Shown here: positions 42,355 to 56,434 of the stretch, piece by piece | How the letters are laid out: the number at the start of each line of letters is the position of its first letter | How positions within the stretch are numbered: position 1 is the first letter of the stretch | Assembly (NCBI RefSeq): GCF_006345805.1 | Contig: NC_042997.1 | Location: 180,234,001 to 180,298,000 of the forward strand | DNA from: Octopus sinensis | Taxonomy: Eukaryota | Direction of reading: 5' to 3' | DNA: 64,000 nt | Notes under the pieces: model-generated | Told to the model about the DNA's origin: nothing | Database searches by the model: none | The model's input: the letters and a program-made list of their open reading frames with translations, nothing else | Translations under genes and position numbers: made by a program

Positions 42355-44349
42355 GTAAGTGTTCCCATTTTAATGTTTTCCTTTATATTACGATGTTTGT
42401 ATGCACACTGTTGAAATTAATAACAATCAATTAAAAAGTATGTATTTATGCCTCAGGTTTCAAAATATATCCAGATATTTGCAGTATTATATTATAAATC
42501 TAGTCAAGTATTTCATTGTGTTCTTTTGATTTCAATAACCGACAAACAAAATCACCTTAGAAATATATTTTCGATAATCTGCTGAAAGTTTGTAATCTCA
42601 ACTAAATGTTTTCATGAAGTCATTCGTCAGCAGTCTTTTCTCTTATTCAAACATTCGTTGATGTGCCTTCAGTGAAAAATGATGACGTCCATGATTATTC
42701 TAGATAACTTATTATTACACAGCTAATGAGGAATATACTGCGCATGCACAAATAGTAAGAATGTGATTGAGGGAGAAATAAGAGCGCGAGTGAATTTGAG
42801 GTATTCACTGTAAAAGTTATTTCACTTTAGCAGTGAAACACAATGAAGTTGAATTAGCATTCAAGTGAAATCGAAACAATGGCTGAGTCTTGTCTATCTT
42901 TGAGCTGCTATACATTTTATGGTGTTAAATACATATCTATAAAGTCTAAAGCTATTTTCTGCCATATTATCCAATCTTCATTCTCTAGTGAGATCATCTT
43001 CAAAAATATCGGTGTTTTTTTTTTAATGCGAGTTGTTAAAACATTTCAAAAGTTATATTTCAATAATTAATTAGCTTCCATTCGACCTATTAGCTAATTT
43101 TATTTTTTAATTCTATAACATAGCGTTGGGATTTGCCAGCATGGCTACAAATAGAGCTAGCGTTAAAATATTCATATTCCTAACAATATATAGAGACTAA
43201 TTAATCGAGATAATTATGGTTTTCTGTTAGTGGATATATACCCACTTTTTTTTTTTTGATAACTTCGAAAATTTTCAACCATATGTCAGTTTCACATGAC
43301 ATGAAAATTGAAACGTCACTTCTAAAATATAAACAAACATCGCAAACAAAAATGTTTCCTGTTAGCTTTCACCTAATTTACTGTACAATATTTTTATAGC
43401 AAATCAGCAAAATGTCTGCAGTTTTTAAGATATATAGATTCACATATACCGTATTTATTATCATACGATAATTAGTTAGCTATTGCTGATTATAAAATGC
43501 TTCCTTTCAGATGTGTTATATTCATTATTTTAAGCTTAAACAGTGCGGATTTAATGCTACAGCTTCGAGCATACAACACATAGTATAATATTTGTTCGAG
43601 TATACAACATATAGTATAACACGTTTCGAAAACAGAGTAATTTGAATAAAATCGTCTTCTAAATTATTCAAATATATGTATATAAATGAGAAATATAATA
43701 AAGAGCGAGTGACTTGTTTTATAGACTTTCTGTAATTTGAAAAAAATATAAATTATAGTGTAATATTTTTCAGTGTTTTTCGGTGACGTTCTTAGTTTTT
43801 CCATGAATCTTCAAAGATAATTTATATGAGTCACTGCAAATACTAATTTCTCAGCACATATTCATTTTGATGCACGGATTCGATTACAGGCCAAACAGTT
43901 TTAAAATTGACAATAACTCTATATTTCAGAATTAAAATATCATTGCTGTGCTTTGAGATCTCTATATGTAGAAGGAATGTTTGTTTTAGATGCACCGAAC
44001 TTTGAGAGTACGTTCCGTATATCGTATATACGTAATTTCGTGGAGTGAGATCGAGACAAAAGCATATCATTGTTAAGTCATTAAGATTGTATGGTTACCA
44101 ATTTATATTAATAAAATTACGTTTTATTGTTGTGCTTGGCGTGACTATGCTGTTATGAAATATTCTGTAATGACTCAAGGTTCTCTTGTGTGACTGATAT
44201 TAGCAGAATACCAATAATTGTATTAAAGTTTTATAAAAATGTTAGTTTGCCGATTTGAGGTAAAAAAAATATTTTCGTAAGAAGAAAGGAATGATGTTGC
44301 TATATTACAAGTTACGTTTAAACAAAATGAGGATTCTAGAAACTATTTA

Positions 44350-44765
44350 GAATGGCTGTGTGGTAAGTAGCTTGCTTAACAAACACATGTTTCCGGGTTC
44401 TGTCCCACTGCGTGGCACCTTGGGCAAGTGCCTTCTACCATAGCCCCGGGCCGACCAAAGCCTTGTGAGTGGATTTGGTAGACGGAACCTGAAAGAAGCC
44501 CGACGCATATATGCATATATATGTGTGTGTGTATGTTTGTGTGTCTGTGTTTGCCCCCCCCCCCCGCAACATCATTGACAACCGATGTTGGTGTGCTTAC
44601 GTCCCTGTAAATACTCAGTTCGGCGAAAGAGACCGATAGAATAAGTACTAGGCTTACAAAGAATAAGTCCTGGGGGTGATTTGCTAGACTAAAGGCGGTG
44701 CTCCAGCATGGCCACAGTCAAATGACTGAAACAAATAAAAGAGTAAACGAGAGAGTAAAGAGTAT
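44350..44765 (+). mobile_element. SINE family B
   Basis: Aligns with 17277-17690. Confidence 0.9.
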
Positions 44766-45651
44766 TTCGTTCTTTTTTAATACAGGACGTATTTTTGTGA
44801 GCGTTCTCCAGATAGATACAAAAATTACTAAATAAATTGCTTAAGACCATTGGAGGAAGTCAGGCTACTTCTTTATGTAAAATAGCTCCTTCCCTACTTC
44901 TGATAATATTCATATATTCCAGTCTTTAACTCTAAAACGTTACCATTTCAATCTATTGAAATAATTTGGCTAAATTGAGTAAATATATGATGAAAAACTT
45001 GTCTAAGTCACATCACCAGGTGATTAACAGGTCATAATATCTATGAAGCCAATTTTCTGCGGAATGAAATTGTCTTCAGAAGAAAGCGGTTCTCAAATGC
45101 GTAAACGTGAGTGAATACACACACGAACACCGTCTTAAAACGTGGTACAAATTATTCGTTACTATTGGATTTACCCAGTAAATAACTTACATCAAGCGGG
45201 GTAACTACATAAGACGTAACGAAAATAAAGTGTTTTGTAAGGCGGAGCAAAACTCTGACCCACCAAAGCAAAAAAGTTTATACTTATTCGTGTAATCTTT
45301 ATTGTAAAACATCATTACTAATGTAGTTTATTTTCAGAAAGTTAAATTGGGAATCTAAGTGACATTTTTTCTATTTGAAAATATATTTGCTAAAAGTACA
45401 GATGTTTTTTAGCGATTGTGTTATTCATTTGTGGTAAATATCATCTGTAGGCGAAGATAATTTCAATACGTCAAGAAATTTTGTCCTAAGATATTCATCA
45501 AAGCAGTACTTTTTTATACATCTGTATCTATGTCTGTCCCTCTCTCGCTCTCTTTCCTTCTCTATTCATTTATCTATATATTTATCTATCTAGTTAGCTG
45601 GCATTCTCTCTCGCGCTCTCTCTCACTCCCTCGCCCTCTCTCCTTCTCTCT

Positions 45652-45701
<50 letters not shown>

Positions 45702-45703
45702 TA

Positions 45704-45739
<36 letters not shown>

Positions 45740-45786
45740 AATATAAATAATGAAAGAATAGAGTCGAACGACGATTTAACAAAATT

Positions 45787-45881
45787 CCTTTATTCTCGAT
45801 ATATGTTTCGAAGACTGCATATTCTCAATTCCGAAGGAATAAAGGGTGCGTTATGCCGCCTTCTCATCAGGAAAAGCAAGG
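45787..45881 (-). ncRNA. Type I hammerhead motif in a roughly 300-bp element (45745-46040) between (TA)n tracts
   Basis: CCUUGCUUUUC-CUGAUGA-GAAGGCGGCAUA..UAUGCAGUCUUC-GAAACAUAUAUC-GAGAAUAAAGG. Homologous to the HHRs at 56.1 and 56.5 kb. Confidence 0.75.
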
Positions 45882-46037
45882 AACTTATGTCAGCATCATG
45901 ATGAACAAAAACTTTTAGATGACTGCCCACACGGAGTCCATAGCGATAATGTAGCTTCAACCGTGATTTCTGACGTTAATTTGCTACCCGGGTAACGGTT
46001 AACCGAATTATCCTTACTAGGATAATTCATTCAACTA

Positions 46038-46071
<34 letters not shown>

Positions 46072-46076
<5 letters not shown>

Positions 46077-46228
46077 GAGGCGCAATGGCCCAGTGGTTAG
46101 GACAGTGGACTCGCGGTCATAGGATCGCGGTTTCGATTCCCAGACCGGGCGTTGTGAATGTTTATTGAGCGAAAACACCTAAAGCTCCTCGATGGTGGTG
46201 ATCCCTGTTGTACTCTTTCACCACTACC
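46072..46228 (+). mobile_element. tRNA-derived SINE head, 3'-truncated
   Basis: A-box tggcccagtgg, B-box gtttcgattcc. Continues with sequence shared with 37091-37270. Confidence 0.8.
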
Positions 46229-47074
46229 TTTTATATTTATACACTCATCATAAACACGAATAGAAAAAAGGTAATTTCAATTCGATTTGAGCTTCAATTT
46301 TGCCCGTGCACATAGTAAGAAATAACATAATTTACACAGAAATTTTACCTAGAGTGTGAGTGTCTTAGTGTGTATGCGTGTGTATGCATTTTCGCGCATA
46401 TGAGTGTGTGTGTGTGCTATAGGAAGTTATTTTAAGGCATTCCTTCGTTGGAAGTACGAAAGTTGTCATATGTTCCATCATATGAGATCCTATGTTTTTT
46501 GTTAATTTCCGTAAAGATTTTGCATTTCTTTATGCTTTAAAGAGTGCAGAAATTGAAAGACTGGAAAGGGAAGAGATGAGGAAGTGAAAGATGTAAGTAC
46601 GTGTATATGAATTGGACGTGTGTGCGCAGGGTGTCATAGAGAAATAGGGTGAATGAAAATGTGTTTTATCATGTATGTATTTTTTGCATGTATGTGGAAA
46701 TGACACTCAATTACTCTCTCAATATCACACGCACATATGTATTATATTTCATATACACGTGCATAAATACATATGCATACATCTTTTATGTATGAATGTG
46801 TGCGTGTGCATGCGAAAGAGAAAGTGGGTGACGGTATTTCCTCATAAACATACAAAGAAATGGATGTCGTTTAAGGTACACACTTATACAGAAAATGTTG
46901 TTAGGATAGTTGAATTATAGAAAGATTACAATGTTAATTTTTTGTAATGCAAGTATGTAAATAAAAATAAAGATTACTTGATAACCGAAAGATTACTGAG
47001 TCTTTTGATAGCTCTTACATCAAAATCGGCAACTCGATCGTATTCGTTAATTTCTGTAATTTTTTTCCTTATAG

Positions 47075-47117
47075 TTTGAAGAGAGCAGAAATGGAAACAG
47101 AGGAAAAAATGAAAGAT
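47075..47117 (+). CDS. Candidate 43-nt coding exon (LKRAEMETEEKMKD), gene unidentified
   Basis: Acceptor tttttttccttatag, donor GAT|GTAAGT, open frame. A degenerate duplicate lies at 46501-46622. Confidence 0.3.
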
Positions 47118-47483
47118 GTAAGTACGTGTATATGAAATGGACGTGTGTGTGTAGTGTGTGTGTATGTATGTGTGTGTGTGTGTGTGTCTGTCTGTGTGTT
47201 TTAAAGTTAAATTAAATATAAATAAGTTCAGTTTATAGTTTATAAAAGAATGAAATAATAAATGTGTGTATACCTATATATATATATATATATATAATAT
47301 ATATATATATATATGCATATATATATATATGTATGTATATATATATGTATGTATATATCCCAATTATTTTAAGGAAATTAATTCCCCCCAAATACTAGTA
47401 TATACTTGGATGAAGCGCCGTCCCTTCATGGGGTTAGCACAACCTCTAATCGAGTACATAAGTATATGTAAATATATGTAAAT

Positions 47484-47517
<34 letters not shown>

Positions 47518-47540
47518 ATATATATATAATATATTATATA

Positions 47541-47590
<50 letters not shown>

Positions 47591-47759
47591 GTGTGTTTGT
47601 GTGTTCAGTGTGCGATGGGTAATACTCGCCATTGATATCTTTAATTTCGCGCATGCTCACTATCTGACTTTGATGACTACACGATATGGTATGGTCAGTT
47701 GGGTAAACAGTACCATGACTCAATTTAATATCCCGGAAATGACAATACGAACAGATGGT

Positions 47760-48352
47760 GAACATACAGAACAACTGTTGGTTTGCTTTGTCCCTAAAAC
47801 GTACCGAGACGGATAAAAGTCCAACATGCAGCCAACATCATGGTGTTTGGAGTGATCACTAGTCATTCATCTGCCCACACGGCCTCAGACTCAATACGGA
47901 AAACTACATCAAGTGCCTGTAGGAAGGCCTCTGCGACATTCCACACAAGCAGGAGGACCCTAACATGGCTGTCAGACAATTTCTGCGACAACATCACCCC
48001 TAACATCTGGTCACCTAACTCCCCAGACCGTAACCCCACTGGTGTTTATGTGTGGGGCGGAGTTGAACGACAGACCAACAAAACTCCTTGCAACACCAAA
48101 GATTAACTGAAGGCAAGGGTATGGCAGAATTCCCCAACTTAAGGAAGAAGACGGTCCACAAGTGTTGCAGGAGATTCTGAGGTCGTCTGGAGGCTGTGGT
48201 TAAAGTCAATGTCGATTTTATTGAATAAATTCACTCTTTAATATTTCAAGATATCTTTATGGAATTTTGGTAAATATATCTGTTAAAATGGGATGCCGGT
48301 GTTATTTTCATTTTTGCGTAATTTAGACGACAGTTTATTCACCGTACCCTGT
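47760..48352 (+). mobile_element. Tc1/mariner (maT/DD37D-like) transposase 3' remnant
   Basis: MVFGVITS, WSPNSPDRNP..YVWGGVER.TNKTPCNTKD, RLEAVV..N.DFIE*. Ends ...accctgta. Confidence 0.8.
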
Positions 48353-48354
48353 AT

Positions 48355-48930
<576 letters not shown>

Positions 48931-49684
48931 TTGTGTGTGTGCGTGCGTGCATAAATATATATACTTACTAGTGGAATTTGGAAATCACTTTCACCATTTC
49001 CTCCTGAAAATATATGTCTACTTATAAGAATTGAATGCTTTCAGATAATGTTTGATGATCTTTATGAATGATTATATGAGTATACTTTAAGCACACGCAC
49101 ACACAGACGCGCGCACAAACACAAACATATATGTATGTAAGAGGGTTGCATGCGTCCACATATATGTATATACACATGTAATATATGTATAGTTATATAC
49201 AGACAAACATACAAAACATACACATATATTTTGTTTGTGAGACTTAGTTTTGTGCTCGTCGCGTGATCAATCTGTGTTGGTCTGTTATGTAGAGAAATAT
49301 GAGTGTTGCGACTGGTTCCCTTCAAATATGCATTATCAATATAAACTATTCAGAAATCATATCCGATGGCCATTATATATTTAGTACTTTAATGCATCAT
49401 TGATTTTCTTGCTCTCTAGCAAATATTTACAGTATATTTCCTCTCAATTTTTGTGTGAAATCTTTAGAAAATAGATCAGATTTAGATGCGTCTACAAATT
49501 TTTTTCTCTTTACGCCTGTCGCGTTTAATGGTGTATCTTAGATTATATCTTGTCTTAAAATATGGAATTCACGTGACAGTGTATAAATTGCTTGAAAACG
49601 TTGTGCCTTTGATATTAACCTACAAAAATATAGAATATATTGAGTAACCAAGAAACCACAATTATTTCTGATTTTATATTTCAG

Positions 49685-50133
49685 AATGTGGGCTATGACG
49701 AAAGTATAAAATTAGTTAGAATAAGAAGAAAACATTAAAATGAGATGAAAACATACAAGAACAATGCAAATAATAACTTTTACTATGGATTTATTTAATT
49801 CTTTCATGTTTTGCTTAATTTTGATAATATTGCCATCTAAAATAGGCAGAAAGCCAGAAGATTCCTACGACGGAGGAAATTAAATTATCCAGAATCTGGG
49901 TTCAAACATTTTTTAATTGATTTCAGAAGAATATAAGGTAAAGTTTATCTTTAAGGCATTGAGCATAATGTGCCGATGTATTATTTCAGGGTACTTCGTC
50001 CGATACTCTAACGTTTCTGAATATTAATAGCAATAGAAACTCAGACATTACGGCAAGTCTTTTGAATGAGGTCTTGGATTCCATAAATTCCATTTCTAGA
50101 TTGGTGCTGTTGATAACGATAATGCTAATATGA
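49685..50133 (+). other. Candidate micro-exon chain 49685-49703, 49927-49937, 49990-50133
   Basis: AG/GT boundaries, phase-compatible with 47075-47117. The last intron would be only 52 nt. Confidence 0.15.
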
Positions 50134-50159
50134 AAATATCTAGCATAAGCAGGACACAT

Positions 50160-50530
50160 TTTGTGAATGAAGGTTTACTGGGATGATAATACACCAATTC
50201 ACATAGCTAAAGTTGTTACTAAATATCACGCGGAACATTCTTGTGAAGTTGAACATCTTATCTGGCCATCACAGTCCCCAGATCTCAATATTATTGAACA
50301 TTTATGGTGCATTTTAGAAAAACAAGTCGTTATCCTCCACCATAATCACTACAAGAACTGGAGACTGTTTTAGCTGAAGAATGGACAAAAATTCCTTTGG
50401 AAACACTTCAAACCTTGCACGAATCTATACCTCGTAGAATTTAATATGTAATTACTGCCAAAGGCGGGCCTAACCCATATTGACATAAATTTGTTTGAAA
50501 TTTTAAGGTGTTTCCGTTATTTTGTCCAAC

Positions 50531-50536
<6 letters not shown>
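50160..50536 (+). mobile_element. Tc1 transposase 3' remnant with right TIR
   Basis: DDNTPIH...WPSQSPDLNIIEHLW..LEK...EEWTKIP...SIPRRI..VITAKGG. Ends ttttgtccaacctcta. Confidence 0.85.
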
Positions 50537-50582
<46 letters not shown>

Positions 50583-50709
50583 TTTTCATGTTGCATAGTT
50601 TATTTTATCAATTCAAGTAGGAATTGCCTTCTAACAATTTGAATGTTGGTTATCTTACAATAGACAATATATGCATTCATGCAAGCAAGATCAATGATGT
50701 TAAAAAAAC

Positions 50710-51170
50710 AGATTGGCCACCTTCTCGTTCCTTGTTGATAGTTCGTTTTCTTTAGTGTATAAGGATGGCACCGGAGATTCTACAGTTTCCCCTATTGCAT
50801 TGTGTTGCCCTAATGTGCATTGTGAATTCCTGGGTCTGTCATCTTCTTATATGTTCCTTCACGGAAGTGTCTGCCTGCATGTTTTCTCACATGCGTGTGT
50901 GTACATTTCTTGTGCTTTCTATGTAGGATACGCCACATTTGTCACAATGATCTTCAATACAACATAGGATCTCGTATATAACATAGGTTTAGAGTCTTTG
51001 ATGGGGTAGTTCGATAACGTGCACTCCTCGGAGTGGTTAAAGGTGTTGTTCGTGGACAGAGCTTTTCTCAGGAATGGGCCAGTGTGCACTACCTGTATAT
51101 CGAGTCCTTCCCTGCGGACTGCGTGTGGTATCGCTGCAGTAATTCTGTCATCAAAATGTGGTAGATAAAG
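50710..51170 (-). mobile_element. PLE-3: GIY-YIG endonuclease remnant of a different PLE family
   Basis: LPHFDDRI...GLDIQVVHTGP..., HCDKCGVSYIESTRNVHTRM*E, ..ISGAILIH. Confidence 0.65.
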
Positions 51171-51763
51171 AGAAGTTGTATAGAATGAATGAAGTATCTA
51201 AAGAGAAGACGTATAGAATGAAGGAAGTAAAGTCAATTTATTTGCAGTAAAGTTAGTTTCAAACAAGACAATTAATCATGTTAGTGTGGAAAAGACCAAA
51301 TAAAAGTGAAATGTGATTTCACTTTTGCATACAAAATTAAAGCCGTGGCAAGAAAATCTAATAAGAAAAAATATCTTATTTAAATCATTAATGTAATTAC
51401 CTCGTCGACAGGTGTTTTAATGAAAAGCGTAAAATTCTTGATAGCATACAGCTAAGATTTGTCAAATGACAGGCACAGCAAGATTCACTTTCAGAGACCA
51501 AACTATGTAGAAGAATATATGATAAGGAACATATTTTTAAAATAGCTAGTCTTCTGTATTTGGACAACATAAATATTACTACGTTTACTACAGTACTGAA
51601 GTATTCGCCAAATGATACTTAGTCTGTTGTTATATGCTTTAAAATCATAATAAACAGTAGGAGAATTCAAAGCAAAAAGGAAGAACAACAGAACAAGCAA
51701 ATAAAAAGAAATGGAATTATAAGACTAAATCAGGGGAAAAAACCGAGCATGTTGGTAGTAAAG

Positions 51764-52490
51764 ATCATCATCATTATCATTGTTCGACCGTGGTCGAGAC
51801 AATGGAATTTACCATGCTACGCCAGACTTCACGGTCCATCATGGCATTATGGAGGTCCTGATGCTGGATGCCTGTATCCCTGGAGATACATCAGGGTAGG
51901 AAAGTGTGCGCCCTCTGGTATTGAGAGTAGATGGCTTCCAGAGGAGAAGAGTAGATATTGCCTCGTTTTCAGCTCTACAACAATGTCCAGCAAACTGGAC
52001 TCTCCTACCTTTCACAAGAGATGACACAGGTGGTAGTTTCCCATATATTTGCATTTTGATTGGATGACGCTTCCACAAGAGATTTTGAGCTCTCATAAGG
52101 AGGCGAGCGTAGGTTCCATCCAACCGCCTCTCAAGCTTCTTTGATAATGTCCAGGTTTCTGAGCCATATAGTAGAATTGGTTCGACTGTGGCTTTGAAGA
52201 TTTCAAGTTTGAAGTCTCTACTTAGATTTGATGACCAGATCTTATGCATGTCATTACAAGCTGACCAGGCCATACCCTTTCTAGTTAGAAAATCTTTTCC
52301 AGATGATGATATGTATGACCCAAGATATTTGTAATCAGAAACCATATTTAAGGGCGCATTGTTGAGAGTATGGATGATGCAATCACTGTTGGACAGGCAC
52401 TTGTTTATATATTCAGTCTTGGCCTCATTGAATAAAGAAGGATGGTTCTGAGTAACAGACAGGGACCTGAAACAAGATATAGAAACACTA
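51764..52490 (-). mobile_element. 3' end of an RTE-clade LINE, nearly intact frame
   Basis: ORF 51839..52516: YKYLGSYI...IFKATVEPILLYGSETWTLSKKLERRLDGTY.RLL...RRVQFAGHCCR. (GAT)n-like tail at 51764-51783. Confidence 0.92.
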
Positions 52491-52499
52491 ATTATACTC

Positions 52500-53060
52500 G
52501 GTAAGGAACAAGCCATTAGAACAAATCTGCTAAAGGCAAAGATTGACGAAACTCCATCGAATAGTAAAAGTAGAATTTGTTGGAAAAGTGACGGAAGTAC
52601 CTGTCGTTTCTTAAGTACAAGGCTATAATCGTACTAAAGACTATAATCGCAGTCATGACTGTATAGGTGAAAGAGTGCACTACGATGTTAGCCGAGTGAG
52701 TGGTTTCAAAATAGCAAAACAATGATATGAACACGTACTAGGGTTTGTGATAGAAAATAGAGTAAATTCGTAGACCTTGTAGTTCCCTATGAGAGCAGAG
52801 TAAGCCGATACCAAGGCAACTGAAAAAAATTGAGAAATAGCAGGATCTAGCCAGAGAGCTGGATTGACTATGTAACTCAATGATAACAATTATACTTGTG
52901 GTATCGGTGAAGTTGGTTCAATGACCAAAATGCTACCTAAAGGAGATTGGAATTAAAATTCGCATTGTCGATCAGCAGAAACGTACCATCATATATTCTG
53001 TAATAATCCCAAGAAAGATTCTTGAGATTTGAGGAAACTCGTCCTCGTTAGACAATCACT
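52500..53060 (+). mobile_element. R4/Dong-type LINE C-terminal fragment
   Basis: EQAIRTN..KAKID, HD.I..RVHYD, YEHV, EKIEK*QDLARELD, LKEIGIK, ILEI*. Confidence 0.7.
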
Positions 53061-53539
53061 CTAATTTCATTTGACTTAGCTACTCATATGTGTTATTGAG
53101 AGATGAGAAATGATAAGAATCATGAGACAGTACAAAAAGAAAATGCCATGCGTTAATTTCTTCCGGTCCTTCGCAATATAGGTTCATACTGCGCCGAAAC
53201 TCACCTTTACTTTCATCTTCCGAACTTCGGCAAAATAACGCAGCATTCAAGCACAGAACTCGATAGAATGGACTAGGTCCCCGTTCTCAAAACAGCTGAC
53301 ATTGTGCCCTGTATCAGAAAGCATTATCAAACCTATGAATGGGCGTTCTTTATAGCATCGGAAATGTTTGCTTGGCAGTATTTGCTCTGGTTCTTAGCGT
53401 TCTCCGTTCCAACCATACGGAAGTCAACTTCACCTTTTATCCTTTCGGGTTCGACAAAATAATGTCTAAACCATGTACCAGGAATGATGATGTCCCTTAA
53501 CAACCTCTCCAAGACTCAGGTATTGTTCAGACGGTGACC

Positions 53540-54230
53540 TGGCAAAATTGTTTTCTCTTCAATCCGTCTAACGTGCTCTCGTTGAATTTCATTTTTGTCC
53601 TTTTCTCTTAATCTACAGTTGATCACTTTTTCTTTACCCACTGTCTTCAGTGGTTTTTCTGTGCTGAGCTGTAAATATTCTAGTAAGGTTTTGCTTTCCC
53701 TCTGTACACACTCTTCCAGAGCCGGTTGATATCACCTTTTGGATAGTAGGATCCGTACATTGTCAACAGCTTTCTAGTTTTTGCTCCACTTTACAATATC
53801 AATTCCATATCTCATTTGGGGTAATGCTCTCGCTTTTATTGCTGCAATAACATTTTTTTTAATTCAGCTTAGACCTCAATAATTTTCTCAATCTTGGAAA
53901 CACTGTAATGGTAATTTGCTTCATATCTTCAAGTCTTACTTCATCTGCTTCTAGAATCCACAAATACGTATACCACAGTCCTTTCAATTCCCTGGCTTCC
54001 TTCAAACCTTCTTTGTTTCATTTTCAACATATCGCACTTTACGATCCCAAAGTCTATACCTCCACCATTTGACAAAATGCGAACATTATTGTACAAGGCT
54101 TTCTCATTTTTCGCATAAATCTTTATATCACTCATAAAAAGGAGATTATATAATTTCCCAAATAGCAAGTTATTTTAACTTTTCGCAATATAAAACTGAG
54201 CGGCATCATGGTCGATACAAATAGTAATGG
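53540..54230 (-). mobile_element. R4/Dong-type LINE RT fragment
   Basis: NLLFMSDIKIYAKNEK..VRILS..GIDFGIVKC.ML (compare INHLLFMDDLKLYAK..GMEFG.EKC), and further LTMYGS..PKGD. Confidence 0.75.
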
Positions 54231-54831
54231 ATTATTTATTATTATTATTTTTTTTTCATCATCATCATCATCATAATTATTAGGCTATGTGAGAGGGCTA
54301 TGTGAAGACGCTGAAAACTTGTATGGAGAGGGTTGCTACTGGAAGGCCTTGTGTATTACAACAGCACCCGCCTCTTTGCTATACCCACCGAAGTGAGTCA
54401 AAATTGGTTATCAGAGTATTTCTACAGCTTCCCCAGTCCCAATTTCTGACCTCCGAACTGCTCCCGAGAATATAACTACTGATTATGATGTGAGGGGCGC
54501 AGATGAGAAAGACTGTTGTTTGGATGCCCCCAGACGATGAAGTAGACTAGCCCAATACATAGATAAAAAGGGAGAGGTGTAGACGTCAGAGGAGAGTAGA
54601 GAGTCGAAGTTGAGTAGTAGAGGCATCCGAACGTGCGACATAACAAAGACATTAACCGCATTGGTAACAACACGAAGGCTGAACAGATGGCCAAAATGAA
54701 GATGTTCGATAACGTTACGACGGACAAGTGAGGAACGTATCCGTGAACTCTCAGACCCGTCTGCAGAACGCGGCTGAACCTGAGGACGACAGCATTGAGT
54801 AAACCATTATCTCACCACTATAATCTAGTTA

Positions 54832-55132
54832 TCTTTATATATACAAGTGAGGTTGTGTGCTGTCTGTCTCCTACGATTTAGATTCCTAACTACTCCCACA
54901 TTTTGCGGTGCAGTTTAACCAAAACCGGGTATCTTATAGTCGTGATTCATATCGAGCCCTTCTGGGTATTATTAGCGCGCGTCTACGATGAGTCTACGAT
55001 TTTAAAAAAAATTACCATCATTTTCTTTCCATTTTTAATGCATTTTATGCTATTTTTTGGCTATAACTCTCTAAAAATGCTTATATAGTTATTTCCCTTA
55101 CAAACCCGAGCAACGCCGGGCAATACTGCTAG
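54832..55132 (+). mobile_element. Non-autonomous Helitron
   Basis: 5' TC and 3' CTAG between A and T. Subterminal hairpin cccgagcaacgccggg (55105-55120). Confidence 0.8.
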
Positions 55133-55486
55133 TTGAATATATACTAGCAGCTCTAGTTCTATAAACTTTATTGACCGCACATATCTAATGTAAATATTTT
55201 CTTTGTACGCCGAGCTCGCTGCGACGCAGTGCTTGAGTACGACTTCCCGGTTAGTGCCGTGTATTAAAACACTCGTAAGCCATAGGCAGGTGAGACAACT
55301 CGTTTCGGATCAAATTAAGGAGAGATGGATACCGATATTTCGCCAATTTTATGGTTTATCAACACCACGAACCTGAAACGAAGAGGAAAGGAATCGAATG
55401 GCCAATGTATGAATGTTCATAATCAATATAAGAACTATTTGCTGATGTTCTCTGCGATGAGTTGTAATATTAAATTTAATAATGAA

Positions 55487-55546
<60 letters not shown>

Positions 55547-55850
55547 GTGTGCGTGTGAGTGTGTGGAGAGAGAGAAAAAGAGACAGAGTGAGATCCAGTG
55601 ATGCTCAATATAGAAAGGCGTAGCGCTCAAACGATTTGAACATATAATCCGGGGAAAAGAGTGGCTATAATAGAAATCAAGGTGAGTGGAAATAACACCA
55701 ACCTCACTACCCGACTGTCATTGAACTGTTTTATTTGTTTGGTGGCATCATTATTTTTGTATACGTGAATATGTATCTATGTATATATGTATGTATCAAA
55801 ATTACCGAGACAAAACTTGAAAACGTGTCCAAATTTTCTTTCCTTTATAC

Positions 55851-55900
<50 letters not shown>

Positions 55901-56108
55901 CTTGAAATGGATAAATGAATTATCTTGTTACGGATTATTAAAATTATAACCGATACCTGGATAGCAAAAATCACAACAGAACAATCACGGTTGAGGTTAC
56001 GACCATGGGGTATCGCAACCGTGCCTTAGTGCGGATAATTGAAGTTTTATATAATTAGTGAGGGAAGAAATGGAGCTGAACGAAGATTTTACAAAATTCC
56101 TTTTTATT

Positions 56109-56194
56109 ATTTTCTACACATGTTTCAAAGGCTGCAAATTCCCTAATTCGAATTGAATAAGGAGACCGTTTTGCAGCTCTCTCTTCAGGAAAAT
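56109..56194 (-). ncRNA. Type I hammerhead ribozyme (left arm)
   Basis: AUUUUC-CUGAAGA-GAGAGCUGCAAA..UUUGCAGCCUUU-GAAACAUGUGUA-GAAAAU. Confidence 0.8.
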
Positions 56195-56434
56195 CCAGGA
56201 ACTTAAATCTCCAAACAAATGCGCAGCAAGCTTTTCGAACAAAACGCTCCCTAGGAGCCCATGGTATGAATGGCACAAAACTGTCTCTCAATATGCATAT
56301 GGTATGAATGACACAAAACTGTCTCTCAATATGCATATTGAGAGACAGTTTTGTGCCATTCATACCATGGGCTCCTAGGGAGCGTTTTGTTCGAAAAGCT
56401 TGCTGCGCATTTGTTTGGAGATTTAAGTTCCTGG

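Noticed and set aside
46072-46150. tRNA-like sequences (also 17277, 22752, 33886, 37091, 44350)
   Set aside because: A/B boxes are present but there is no complete cloverleaf, and they continue into SINE bodies.
54290-54800. GC-richer block with a LLFGCP-like peptide, possibly a LINE C-terminus
   Set aside because: Single weak motif; family not assignable.
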